Assembly: GCA_964467735.1 (NCBI GenBank)
Contig: CAYXSR010000005.1
Location: forward strand, 1-60,546
DNA from: an uncultured Pseudomonadales bacterium
Lineage (GTDB): Bacteria > Patescibacteriota > Microgenomatia > UBA1400 > CAYXSR01
Reading direction: 5' to 3'
Length of the DNA stretch: 60,546 nucleotides
Positions 44,685 to 54,325 of this stretch are shown here, one piece after another (positions within the stretch are counted from its first letter, which is position 1; the number at the start of each line of letters is the position of its first letter). Position numbers and translations under genes: made by a program. Under the pieces are notes generated by a model, which searched no databases, was not told the DNA's origin, and worked only from the letters and a program-made list of their open reading frames with translations.

Positions 44685-45524
44685 ATGAATAAAAAAAATT
44701 CGATTTTTAAAAGATTTCAACTATTTGATTATATAATTCTCGCCAGCTTTTCTTTATTGACAGTTGCTTTTTTTATTTTTTTCTTTAGAAAAAGTCATTA
44801 TTTAACTGTTAAAGTAAAAATAACAGAAAAAAATATTTTATATGCGAATACTGATTCCCCCTCCTGGTTTGCCTATTTATTTAAGAAAGGAATGAAGGAA
44901 AAAGATGGTTTAGGAAGAGTCAAAGCAGAGGTAATGGACGTTTATTTCTATGATAATTCTATTGACAAAAAAGCAGTATATTTAACCCTAAAATTGAAAA
45001 CTACTTACAACAATAGAACTGGAGAAAATAAATATGAAGGCACATCAGTGGTAATTGGAGAAGGATTAAGAATTAAGTTAGAAAAAATCTTAGTAGAAGG
45101 TCTGATAGTAGAGATAGAAGGTTTAAAGAATCCCTATGAAGAAGTAAATTTTTTAGTTCAAGCAAAGCTTCTAGATTACAATTCTACTTTTTCCGAAACA
45201 ACAGGGGTTGAGAATTTTATTAGCGATAATATAAATATTGGAGATAAAGTGTTTGATTCTAACAATCAGATAGTAGCAGAAATTGTAGATAAAAAAGTTT
45301 ACCCTGCTCAAAAGAATACTTTTGATAATTCTGGAAATGTTTATGGAAAGTTTGATCCAAGACTGAAAGACGTTTTTTTAACGATTAAATTAACAACAAA
45401 AAAAATCAATAATGAATATTTCTTTCTGGATGACATAAGTTTAAAGACAAACAGGACAATCCCACTTCATCTTCAGAACATTAGTGTTTGGCCGATGATT
45501 ACCGAAATCTCTGAAATTAAATAA
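44685..45524 (+). CDS. Single-pass protein with two tandem DUF4330-like beta domains
   Basis: TM followed by repeated G(M/D)K..D..G...AE(V/I).D...K.V(Y/F)LT(L/I)KL units. Confidence 0.55.
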   Translation: MNKKNSIFKRFQLFDYIILASFSLLTVAFFIFFFRKSHYLTVKVKITEKNILYANTDSPSWFAYLFKKGMKEKDGLGRVKAEVMDVYFYDNSIDKKAVYLTLKLKTTYNNRTGENKYEGTSVVIGEGLRIKLEKILVEGLIVEIEGLKNPYEEVNFLVQAKLLDYNSTFSETTGVENFISDNINIGDKVFDSNNQIVAEIVDKKVYPAQKNTFDNSGNVYGKFDPRLKDVFLTIKLTTKKINNEYFFLDDISLKTNRTIPLHLQNISVWPMITEISEIK

Positions 45525-45528
45525 AGCA

Positions 45529-46701
45529 ATGGAAAATAGTGCTTCAATCTTATTTGTGTTTTGTAGGAAACCAGGTGGTGAATATTTAGCTACGAAAAAT
45601 ATTTGTAGCATTCTATCTAAGAATAAAAACCTGAGGGTTTTAATAGAAGAAATTAAAAATTATCATTTTATTCTTCCCTTGGGCAGATTTCGACTACTAA
45701 GAAATTTTTTAAGCAATATTTTCCTTTTTTTAAAAAGATTAAAAAAAATTAATAATTATAAAAATAAGAATTTTAATTATGTCTATTCTCCATCGATTGT
45801 TTTTCTATTTCTATTTATTCTCTTTTCAAGGTTTAGAAAAAGTAAAATAATTTATCATTTTCATGGTTTTAACTATGGAGAAAATAATAAAACTACTTTT
45901 AAATATATAAAAGATGAAAAATTAAACTTTTTCATTAAGTATGTTTATTTACTTCCGTTTTTGGTTATTTTTTCTCAAATAGAAAAGATAGTATTGAAGA
46001 GAGCTTTTAAAATATTTGTTCCGACAGATTATTCAAAATCAATAATTTTAAAAAGATATCCATCTCTTGATAAGAAAAAAATTTATACTATTCCCAACGG
46101 CCTTGATAAAAAAATTTTCAAACCAAAAAAAAACTTTAAACCATCAAAATATGGCAAGCTTAAAATTTTATACGTTGGCAGGTTAGTAAAAGAGAAAGGA
46201 GTAAGAGAATTAGTAGAGGCTTTTAATCTTTTAGATAAAGAGAAATATTTTTTGACAATTGTTTATCCAGATTCAGAAGATATGGTTTTTGAAAAAGAGA
46301 TTAAAAAATATTTAAAAAACAAAAAAAATATTAATTTAGTTAAAAATCCTTCCACAAAACAGATAGTTTCTTTTTATAACACACATGATTTAACTGTTTT
46401 AATTTCGACTAAAGATTTCGAGCAATTTCCTTTGGTTTATTTAGAATCATTGGTTTGTGGAACACCTGTTCTTATCAGCAATAAAGTACAAGGAGTAATA
46501 GATTGGCAGAGGACAATTAATTCAGACTTGATTGTTGCTAAACCAACAAAAGAACAAATAAGTGAGATTATATTAGAATTTTCTAAGAAATCAGAAGACG
46601 AAAGAAAAAAAATAAGTAAAAAATGCATAAATTTATCTAAGAGTTTTACTTGGAAAAATACTGTTAGATTATTTTTAAAGAATCTTGAGGACAGACAATA
46701 A
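45529..46701 (+). CDS. GT4 glycosyltransferase
   Basis: IPNGLD, YVGRLVKEKG and EQFPLVYLESL motifs. Confidence 0.92.
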   Translation: MENSASILFVFCRKPGGEYLATKNICSILSKNKNLRVLIEEIKNYHFILPLGRFRLLRNFLSNIFLFLKRLKKINNYKNKNFNYVYSPSIVFLFLFILFSRFRKSKIIYHFHGFNYGENNKTTFKYIKDEKLNFFIKYVYLLPFLVIFSQIEKIVLKRAFKIFVPTDYSKSIILKRYPSLDKKKIYTIPNGLDKKIFKPKKNFKPSKYGKLKILYVGRLVKEKGVRELVEAFNLLDKEKYFLTIVYPDSEDMVFEKEIKKYLKNKKNINLVKNPSTKQIVSFYNTHDLTVLISTKDFEQFPLVYLESLVCGTPVLISNKVQGVIDWQRTINSDLIVAKPTKEQISEIILEFSKKSEDERKKISKKCINLSKSFTWKNTVRLFLKNLEDRQ

Positions 46702-48166
46702 TTTTCGTTTCTTTACCTGTGCTTTGAACACGGCATGATTGGGATAATTTTTCAATTAATTTTAATTCATTTTTAGAGAGAAAAGAATGAGAATTAACAA
46801 TTACGAAAAGACTATTTTTAACCGCTTTTAAATCCTCAAATTGATAATTTTCGGTAGCAATATTAGATTCGACAAGTTTTGTTATTTTGTATAAATTTTC
46901 ATTTTGACTGTTAAAATCTCCCCAATGATACCAAAACAAATGTTGAAAATAGGTTGGTAATATCAATAATTCATCATCCTTTTTTAGATTTTCCTTAACA
47001 AAAAGAACAGTATTTTTATATTCTTCTTCAATGTAGAAAGATTTTAGGTTAATAATTGTATGTGTTTTAAGATTAATGAAAAAAACAAAACTAAAAAATG
47101 CTAATAGACCAGATCTAAAAAGGCTAGATCTATCTTTTTTAATCAAAAAGTATAAAGAACATGCTAAGGCTAGTTGATTAAAAATAAGAATAAAACTTAA
47201 TGTTCGAGGTAAAGCAACAGAAATAGAGCTAATTTGTTGAAAAAAAAGGATGATAAAAAAAGGTAAAAAAACCATAATAAGGGATAAAATAAAAATATGA
47301 GGGTATTTTTTTTTAAACTGCCAAAAGCCATAAAAAATAAGAGAGAAGAGGATGATTACCAACAAACAGCAAAGCCCTGGTTTGATTGGTACTAAACCAA
47401 AAACATCTTTATAAAGACCATTAAGGCTTAGGAATATAAAAAAAATTCTTTCCAAGTTAATTGGTTTTATCCAATGAGTGAGAGCAAGAACATCGCCTGA
47501 TTTATTGTTCAGTAGTAAAAAATAAAAAAGTGGAATAGTTAAATGAGCTGATAAAAAAGCGATTGAAGATTTTTGTTTTTTTAGAATAAAAAACAAGTTA
47601 TTTTTGGACATATAAAAGACAAGGAATATAAAGAGGCAGAAAAGATAAATACCATACCCATAGTTTGTTAAGCTTCCTAAGAGATTAATTATAAAAAATA
47701 AAAGAACTGCTTTTGGATTAATAGAATTTTTATTTTTAATTTGTTTAAAAATGATAAAAAAGAAATATAAAGAAGAGATAGTTAATAATATATAAAGTGA
47801 ATACATTCTAATTTGCCAACCATAATGGACATGAAAGGGAGAAATTGTTAATAGAAATAACGATAGTAAAGCAAAATTTTTATTTAAAATTAACTTTGTT
47901 AATTTAAAATATATATAAAGAGAACTTATAGAAAATAAAACACTTAATATCCTTGCCCATCGAAAATTAAAAAAAACAGCTGTCCATATCTTTAAAATTA
48001 AATAGTAAAAAGGAGGGTGAACAATATCATAAGGAAAATTGTAAAATTTGATTGCATATAAAGAATAGGCTTCATCAATCCATAATTCTTGTTTAAAAAC
48101 AGAAAGAAGCCTTATAATAAAGCCGAAAACTAAAATTATAATTAAGAAGTAGCAATTTTTTTTCAT
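46664..48166 (-). CDS. GT-C fold (PMT/ArnT-like) membrane glycosyltransferase
   Basis: LWIDEAYS, VHPPFYY, ISPFHVHY..QIRMY; multi-TM. Confidence 0.85.
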   Translation of the reverse strand: MKKNCYFLIIILVFGFIIRLLSVFKQELWIDEAYSLYAIKFYNFPYDIVHPPFYYLILKIWTAVFFNFRWARILSVLFSISSLYIYFKLTKLILNKNFALLSLFLLTISPFHVHYGWQIRMYSLYILLTISSLYFFFIIFKQIKNKNSINPKAVLLFFIINLLGSLTNYGYGIYLFCLFIFLVFYMSKNNLFFILKKQKSSIAFLSAHLTIPLFYFLLLNNKSGDVLALTHWIKPINLERIFFIFLSLNGLYKDVFGLVPIKPGLCCLLVIILFSLIFYGFWQFKKKYPHIFILSLIMVFLPFFIILFFQQISSISVALPRTLSFILIFNQLALACSLYFLIKKDRSSLFRSGLLAFFSFVFFINLKTHTIINLKSFYIEEEYKNTVLFVKENLKKDDELLILPTYFQHLFWYHWGDFNSQNENLYKITKLVESNIATENYQFEDLKAVKNSLFVIVNSHSFLSKNELKLIEKLSQSCRVQSTGKETKIIVCPQDSLKII

Positions 48167-48172
48167 AGGTTA

Positions 48173-49072
48173 ATGAAAAATTCTAAAATAAACATTTTAA
48201 TAGTTACTGCGGGTAGACTTGACTTTTTAACTAAATGTCTTAATTCTTTAAAGAAACAGACAGTTTGGCCTGGCGAAATTATTATTATTGATAATAGTTA
48301 TAAATATAAAACTAAAAAGATTATAGCTGATTTTAAGAAAAACTTTGAGATAATTTACAAAACAGAAAGATATAAAGGAGAAGCTTTTGTTAGAAATAGG
48401 GCCATAAAAGAGACAAAAAGAAAATTATCTGTATTTATTGATGATGATTGTTTAGCCTCGGAAAATTGGTTAGAAAATATACAAAAGACTTTTGATAAAC
48501 AAACAACACTTGATGGAATTGTAGGAAAAACAGAAAATCATTTAAGGGAAAATATTTATGCAAATGTTTACCAATGCTACTATATTCGTTGGTTGATGGA
48601 GAATTTTGAGGATATAACAAAAACTTCTTTATTAGGTGATGAAAATAGTTTTTTTGACACTAAAAATTTTGCTTTCAAGAAAAAATTAGTTAAGAATTTC
48701 TGTTTTGATCCAGAGATTTTATTTCATAGTATTAATGTTGATAACATTGCTGGAAAGATTTTAAGTAAAAAAGGAAAAGTGTTTTTTATACCCAATATTG
48801 TTGTTCATCATTATAATCCTAGTTCATTTTTCAAATTAATGACTAAAAATTTTTTTCAAGGAATGGCTGATGAGTTATTATTGAAGAAAAAGAAAATTAA
48901 TCCTAGACAAAGAAAGATAAAAGTTTCATTGTTATCTTGGTTAAAAAATTGTCAAAAAGAAATTGCTAAGCTGAATTTTACCCAAAAATTACTTTTTTGG
49001 CCTATTTTTTTTATTTACCCGGTTCCTTATAAACTTGGCAGGCTTTTTTATAAAATTAAATATTCATTTTAA
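48173..49072 (+). CDS. GT2 glycosyltransferase
   Basis: IIIDNS, RNRAI and FIDDDC motifs. Confidence 0.9.
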   Translation: MKNSKINILIVTAGRLDFLTKCLNSLKKQTVWPGEIIIIDNSYKYKTKKIIADFKKNFEIIYKTERYKGEAFVRNRAIKETKRKLSVFIDDDCLASENWLENIQKTFDKQTTLDGIVGKTENHLRENIYANVYQCYYIRWLMENFEDITKTSLLGDENSFFDTKNFAFKKKLVKNFCFDPEILFHSINVDNIAGKILSKKGKVFFIPNIVVHHYNPSSFFKLMTKNFFQGMADELLLKKKKINPRQRKIKVSLLSWLKNCQKEIAKLNFTQKLLFWPIFFIYPVPYKLGRLFYKIKYSF

Positions 49073-49074
49073 AT

Positions 49075-49524
49075 ATGAAGATTGGTCTGATCACCTCTCG
49101 CGGAGGACATCTTTTTCAAGTTTATCAGTTAAGAAAATGGTGGAGAAAATATAATCGTTTTTGGATTACTGATAAAGGAGAGGATAGCGCGTGCTTATTA
49201 AAGAAAGAAAAAGTATTTTATGGTTTTTTTCCAGAATCAAGGAATATTATTAATGCTATTAGAAATTTTCTTTTAGCCTTTAAAGTTCTGAAGAAAGAAA
49301 AACCAGATTTACTTTTCTCTTGTGGAGCGGGAATTGCTCCTCCAGTTTTTCTAGCAGGTAAAATTTTGGGAGTTAAATTAATTTTTATGGAGCCTTATGA
49401 TTTTGTTGCTTATCCTAGTTTATCTGGAAGATTAGTTTATCCAATTGTTAACAAGTTTTTAGTCCAACACCAATTTCAAAGGAAGTTTTTTAAGAAAGCT
49501 GAATTTTGGGGATCGACATTATGA
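49075..49524 (+). CDS. Split GT28 acceptor-binding subunit (Alg14/PssD/Cps14F-like)
   Basis: TSRGGHL, PDLLFSCGAGIA and PSLSGRL motifs. Confidence 0.9.
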   Translation: MKIGLITSRGGHLFQVYQLRKWWRKYNRFWITDKGEDSACLLKKEKVFYGFFPESRNIINAIRNFLLAFKVLKKEKPDLLFSCGAGIAPPVFLAGKILGVKLIFMEPYDFVAYPSLSGRLVYPIVNKFLVQHQFQRKFFKKAEFWGSTL

Positions 49525-50021
49525 TTTTTGTAACTATTGGAACAACAAAATTTGCCTTTAATAGAATGTTTAAAACAATAGATGAGGCATTAATTGAACT
49601 TAAGATAAAAGAAAAACTAATAGTCCAAAAAGGAAACAGCGATTATCAATTTAAATATTCAAATATAGAAGTTTTTAAAGAAGTTTCTTTTAATAAGCTA
49701 ATTTTATTTATGAAAAAGGCCAGAATTGTGATTACTCACGGTGGTCCAGGAAGCATATATCTTTGTTGGCAAGCTGGCAAAAAGCCAATAGTTATTACTC
49801 GCTTAAAGAAGTTTGACGAACATATAGACAATCATCAATTGTTCTTTGGTAGGTTTTTAGAAAGAAGAAAGCTTGCCAAAGTAATCTCGGACAGAAAAGA
49901 ATTAGAAGGATTAATTAAAAATTATACATTAGGTAGTAAAAAAGGAGATATTTTTGCTGTAAGCAATCACGAGAATAAAAATTTAGTGCAATCATTAACT
50001 CAATTTACTAACAGCTTATGA
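49521..50021 (+). CDS. Split GT28 catalytic subunit (Alg13/PssE/Cps14G-like)
   Basis: MIFVTIGT, ITHGGPGS and EHIDNHQ; start at 49521 (ATGA overlap). Confidence 0.9.
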   Translation: MIFVTIGTTKFAFNRMFKTIDEALIELKIKEKLIVQKGNSDYQFKYSNIEVFKEVSFNKLILFMKKARIVITHGGPGSIYLCWQAGKKPIVITRLKKFDEHIDNHQLFFGRFLERRKLAKVISDRKELEGLIKNYTLGSKKGDIFAVSNHENKNLVQSLTQFTNSL

Positions 50022-50983
50022 GGCGAAAAAGAAAACCATCTGGTGCTTTTATTGCTATAACTCTAAGATGTAATTCTCGTTGTGTAATGTGTAATATTTG
50101 GAAAAAAAAGATAAAAAAAGAGGTCAAACCGGAAATTTTCAGCAAATTACCTCCGGGCTTAACTTCTATTGATATTACTGGGGGTGAGCCTTTTTTAAGA
50201 AATGATTTAGTGGAAATTGTTCAAATAATTAAGAGACGTTGTCCAAAAGCAAAATTACTAATTACTACTAATGGATTATTAATTGAAAAAATAAAAAAAA
50301 CTCTTCCTAATTTGCTTAAGGTAGATAAAAATATTTCTTTTAGGGTTTCCTTGGATGGTTTTGGAAAACTTCACGGTAAGATTAAAGGTTTTCCTAATGC
50401 TTTTAAAAAAGCAAGAACAACACTGAAAATTCTTAAAAAATATAAAGTTAAAGATTTAGGAATTATTTTTACATTAATGGATTTGAATAAGAATATATTA
50501 TCAAAGATGTTAGAATTCTGCAAAAGAGAGAAATTAAACTTTTCTTTAAACATAGTTCACGATTCGCCTATTTATTTTGGTAAAAAACATATTCGTTTGA
50601 GACCAACAATTGATGATTGTAGACAAAATCTGATAAAAACAAGTAAATTTTTTTCTAGGAGCATCAATCCCAAAAACTGGGTGAAAGCTTGGTTTTATCG
50701 AGAAACGATTAGCTATTTAAAAACTAGCAGAAGACCAATACCTTGCGGAGCCGGAGAAAATTTTTTCTATATGGACTCTTTAGGAAATATTTATATGTGT
50801 CATTTTAAAAATTATAAAATTGGAAATTTAAAGATAAAAAACTTTAATCAAATTTGGCAAGGACAAAAGAGAAAACAATTTTTGGCACAAACAAAATTAT
50901 GTAATGATTGCTGGATGATTTGTTCAGTAAAAGAGAATATAAAGAAAAATAAATTAAAAATTTTACGGGATGTCTTGTTTTAA
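50018..50983 (+). CDS. Radical SAM protein with SPASM/Twitch domain
   Basis: CNSRCVMC, TGGEPFLR and CGAG...GNIYMC...C..C motifs. Confidence 0.92.
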   Translation: MRRKRKPSGAFIAITLRCNSRCVMCNIWKKKIKKEVKPEIFSKLPPGLTSIDITGGEPFLRNDLVEIVQIIKRRCPKAKLLITTNGLLIEKIKKTLPNLLKVDKNISFRVSLDGFGKLHGKIKGFPNAFKKARTTLKILKKYKVKDLGIIFTLMDLNKNILSKMLEFCKREKLNFSLNIVHDSPIYFGKKHIRLRPTIDDCRQNLIKTSKFFSRSINPKNWVKAWFYRETISYLKTSRRPIPCGAGENFFYMDSLGNIYMCHFKNYKIGNLKIKNFNQIWQGQKRKQFLAQTKLCNDCWMICSVKENIKKNKLKILRDVLF

Positions 50984-52522
50984 TGATCGGTATATTATTA
51001 AGTTAGAATTATCTGGAAGAATAACTACTTTTATTTTTTCAAATTCATTTATATTTTTCTGGAATAAATTATAGGCATTCTCAACTATTGTAAAATAGGG
51101 TGAGGAAAGAGTTATCGGTTCACTTTTTAGAACTATATAATCATTATTTAATATTTGATATTTTAAGTCTTTGTTAGGAATATAAGCAGCATTGTGAATT
51201 TCTATAGGTAGTTTTTTTAAGAAGGCAAAATACTGATAAGTTAAACCATTAACATAAGGATGATCAGGTAGAACAATGACTTTGCAATTTGCCTTTTGAC
51301 ATTTTCCGGCTTCAGAAGATAAAATTTGAAAAATTTTATCTATTTGCCAGCTTTTCTCTTCAAGTACTCTCGTATGGGGATAAAGATTGAGATTAATAAG
51401 CTTTTCAAATCTTGGATAACCAAAAGTTAGAGTTAATAATTGAGCTATTCCGGCAATAAAGATAAAGAGAATTAATAAATTTCTAATACAAATTCTTTTA
51501 ATTCTAAAGATTCCAAGAGCAGAAATTAAACTAACAAAAATCAATAATGGTAAAGTATATCTTATATCCTTGTTTTGAATAATTGAAAAAACCAAATAAG
51601 GAAAAAAAATGGAACCTAAAAGAAAAATTTTGCTTTTCAGAAAATTTTTCTTAAAAAAGATGAATACAAAAATAGGTATAAGAATAAAAGAGAATAAAAA
51701 TACTTGATTTTGAATAGCCTTAATATAGAAAGTAAACTTTGATGTAAGACTCATTATGGCATCCTCTTCTTGTATATCAATCTGAGAAGTTTTAGCATTT
51801 CCATAATGAATGATGGCTGGGTATAAAGTTTTAAAATTTGGAAGATACCAGATTGATAAGACAAAGAGGGCCAATAGGAAAGAAATTAAAGCATTTTTTA
51901 ACCTCAACTTAATATTTTTTTGTTTAATAGCAAAAAAGAAAGTATTCAGTAAAGGAAATATCAGAAAAAAAACAGCTGTCCATTTTGTCAACATACTTAT
52001 GCCAAGGCTTAAGCCAAAAAATACAGAGTGTCGAAGATTTTTAAAATAATTAGCTTTTATTAAAAAATAAATTGATAAGGCAATTAATGAGGTTAGGCTA
52101 AAATCAATCAAATAAGTTCTTCTTATTGAAATAATTGCCGGATAAAACGAAATTAAACAGGTAGATAAAAAACCAACTTTTTCATTAAAAAGAGACTTTC
52201 CAATTAAAAAAACAGCAGACATAAGTATTACTAAATAAAATAAATTAACACACAAAGCAATATTTGCTGTTTCGCCAAAGAAATATAGAGGAACTGTCGA
52301 TAAATAAAAAAAAGGGGGATAATATTGGCTAACTTTAATTAATTTCGTAAACTCATTTTTTTTAATTAAACGATAGAAAGTCAGAGAATTTTTAAGATGA
52401 AGTGATTGATCCCAAGCAGGCGGAAGAGCATTTGTTTTTAAATAAAAAATATCGGCAAAAGCGTGGATTAGAAATAAAAACAATAAGAGAACTTTGAAAT
52501 TGTGTTTTTTAAATAAAATCAT
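50963..52522 (-). CDS. GT-C fold (ArnT/PMT-like) membrane glycosyltransferase
   Basis: PPAWDQSLH, YYPPFFY, LTKWT and KDIRYTLP motifs. Confidence 0.85.
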   Translation of the reverse strand: MILFKKHNFKVLLLFLFLIHAFADIFYLKTNALPPAWDQSLHLKNSLTFYRLIKKNEFTKLIKVSQYYPPFFYLSTVPLYFFGETANIALCVNLFYLVILMSAVFLIGKSLFNEKVGFLSTCLISFYPAIISIRRTYLIDFSLTSLIALSIYFLIKANYFKNLRHSVFFGLSLGISMLTKWTAVFFLIFPLLNTFFFAIKQKNIKLRLKNALISFLLALFVLSIWYLPNFKTLYPAIIHYGNAKTSQIDIQEEDAIMSLTSKFTFYIKAIQNQVFLFSFILIPIFVFIFFKKNFLKSKIFLLGSIFFPYLVFSIIQNKDIRYTLPLLIFVSLISALGIFRIKRICIRNLLILFIFIAGIAQLLTLTFGYPRFEKLINLNLYPHTRVLEEKSWQIDKIFQILSSEAGKCQKANCKVIVLPDHPYVNGLTYQYFAFLKKLPIEIHNAAYIPNKDLKYQILNNDYIVLKSEPITLSSPYFTIVENAYNLFQKNINEFEKIKVVILPDNSNLIIYRSLKQDIP

Positions 52523-53385
52523 ATTTGAAGATAGCCAAAAATTCTGGTGAAAAATAATAATAGATAGACAAAAGGAAGTTTTAAAAAATTAATAAAATCA
52601 CCACTTTTTAAGAAGAAAAATTCTTGTTTGATTGCTGAATATAAGTTTAAAAAAGTTTTTTTTCCTGGAAATAAACCAATATCATTAGGAAAAAATTTAT
52701 TAATTTTTGCTTCACTTTTTGCAATTCGGTAGTGTTGTTTTAAGAATTCTTTAAAATTAGTTCTTTCATGATGGTAAGCAATTGCTTGAGGGCAAAAAAT
52801 AATTTTTATCCCCTTTCCTCTCAACCGAAGGCTCAATTCTAAATCTTCAGAACCAATACTATGTTTCTCTGAAAATCCACTATATATTTTTAAAATCTTT
52901 TTGGGGATAGCACAATTTTTATTATCTAAAAACCTCAATTCTGTTTGATTAATTAAATTAGATTTTAACCAATTTTGATAATGACTTCCCATTATCTGGG
53001 CGTAAAGATTATTTTTAGGAAGACTAAACGTTTGTCCCTGAATAACAGAATTTGGATATTTTTTATGATATTCTATTAATTCAAAAAGCCAATCTTTGGA
53101 TGCAAGGCAATCATCATCTAAAAAACAAATTAATTCTCCCTTAGCTTTTTTTATTCCTAAATTGTAAAGTTTAGGATAACCAGAAATTGCAGTTTTAACG
53201 TGATTTATTTTTAAAGTTCGTTTATATTTTTTAATTATATCTTGTGTTTTGTCAATAGAATTATTATCAATAATAACTATCTCTGAGGGTTTTATAATTT
53301 GTTTAGAAAGAGAGGAGAGATTTTTATTTAGAAGTTTTGCTCTGTTTTTTGTTAAAATAACAACTGAGATTATTAATTTATTCAT
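52519..53385 (-). CDS. GT2 glycosyltransferase
   Basis: SVVILTKNR, FLDDDC and SEDLEL motifs. Confidence 0.92.
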   Translation of the reverse strand: MNKLIISVVILTKNRAKLLNKNLSSLSKQIIKPSEIVIIDNNSIDKTQDIIKKYKRTLKINHVKTAISGYPKLYNLGIKKAKGELICFLDDDCLASKDWLFELIEYHKKYPNSVIQGQTFSLPKNNLYAQIMGSHYQNWLKSNLINQTELRFLDNKNCAIPKKILKIYSGFSEKHSIGSEDLELSLRLRGKGIKIIFCPQAIAYHHERTNFKEFLKQHYRIAKSEAKINKFFPNDIGLFPGKKTFLNLYSAIKQEFFFLKSGDFINFLKLPFVYLLLFFTRIFGYLQI

Positions 53386-53404
53386 ATAAGTTAAATTATA
53401 CAGA
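53386..53404. promoter_or_regulatory. 19-bp bidirectional leaderless promoter (overlapping -10 hexamers)
   Basis: TAAATT (+, 53392-97) is 7 nt from ATG 53405; TATAAT (-, 53395-400) is 9 nt from ATG 53385. Confidence 0.5.
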
Positions 53405-54325
53405 ATGAAAATAGCAATTGTTGGTTTTGGTTATTGGGGAGAAAAATTAGTAAAGATACTTCTAAACTTTGAGAAATCAACAGTAGGATACCTTTGCATT
53501 GTTGATACTGATAAGACTAAGAAAGCAAAGGCTTATGAATATAGACTTGATTTCTTCAATAATCTTTCTGAAGTTTATGATAGAGTTGATGTTTGTATAA
53601 TTGCTACCTGGGAAACCACCCACTATACCATTGCCAAGCAATGTTTACTTGCTGGAAAGCATATTCTGGTGGAAAAACCAATATGTTTAAATTCTATACA
53701 ACTCAGAGACCTTCTAAAAATAGCTAAGAAGAAAAAATTAATTGTAATGCAGGATGAAACTTTTTTATATGATAAAAGTTTTTTATCTCTTAAAAAAGAG
53801 ATCAAAAGAAATAATATTGGTAGGTTATTAAGAATAGATTCTTGGCGTTTCTCACCAAATATAATAAAGCCTTATACAAATGTAATAGTTGACCTTTTTC
53901 CACATGATCTTTCTATTTTCTACTCTTTGCTTAGAAAAAAATCAATGAAAACCAAAATCAGTAAAAAAGTCTTTCTTAACAAAAATAGAGATAGTGCCTT
54001 TATTGAATTAAAATTTAATTCATGTTTAACTTATTCTTTTCTAAGTTGGATCTATCCAGAAACAAAAAGAGAAATGATTTTTTATGGAAAAAAAGGAGTG
54101 TTATCTTGGCAAAAAAAAGATAATAAGAGCGATGAGATTAGAAAATACTTTTATAATGAAAACAAACAATTGATTTTAAAGAATAAAAAAACAATAAAAG
54201 GAAAAGACAAAACACTTTATGAAGTTATGAAAAGTTTTTTTAACCGAATTAGAACCCAAAGATCAACTGAAAAAATACTTATTGAGAAATCAAAATTATT
54301 AGAGAGCATCTTAAAAGATATATGA
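53405..54325 (+). CDS. Gfo/Idh/MocA oxidoreductase (WbpB-like sugar dehydrogenase)
   Basis: VGFGYWG, GKHILVEKP and DLFPHD motifs. Confidence 0.85.
   Translation: MKIAIVGFGYWGEKLVKILLNFEKSTVGYLCIVDTDKTKKAKAYEYRLDFFNNLSEVYDRVDVCIIATWETTHYTIAKQCLLAGKHILVEKPICLNSIQLRDLLKIAKKKKLIVMQDETFLYDKSFLSLKKEIKRNNIGRLLRIDSWRFSPNIIKPYTNVIVDLFPHDLSIFYSLLRKKSMKTKISKKVFLNKNRDSAFIELKFNSCLTYSFLSWIYPETKREMIFYGKKGVLSWQKKDNKSDEIRKYFYNENKQLILKNKKTIKGKDKTLYEVMKSFFNRIRTQRSTEKILIEKSKLLESILKDI

Noticed and set aside
34495-53405. Invertible shufflon explaining the strand flips in the glycan locus
   Set aside because: No inverted repeats were recognised at the junctions and no recombinase is present in the window.
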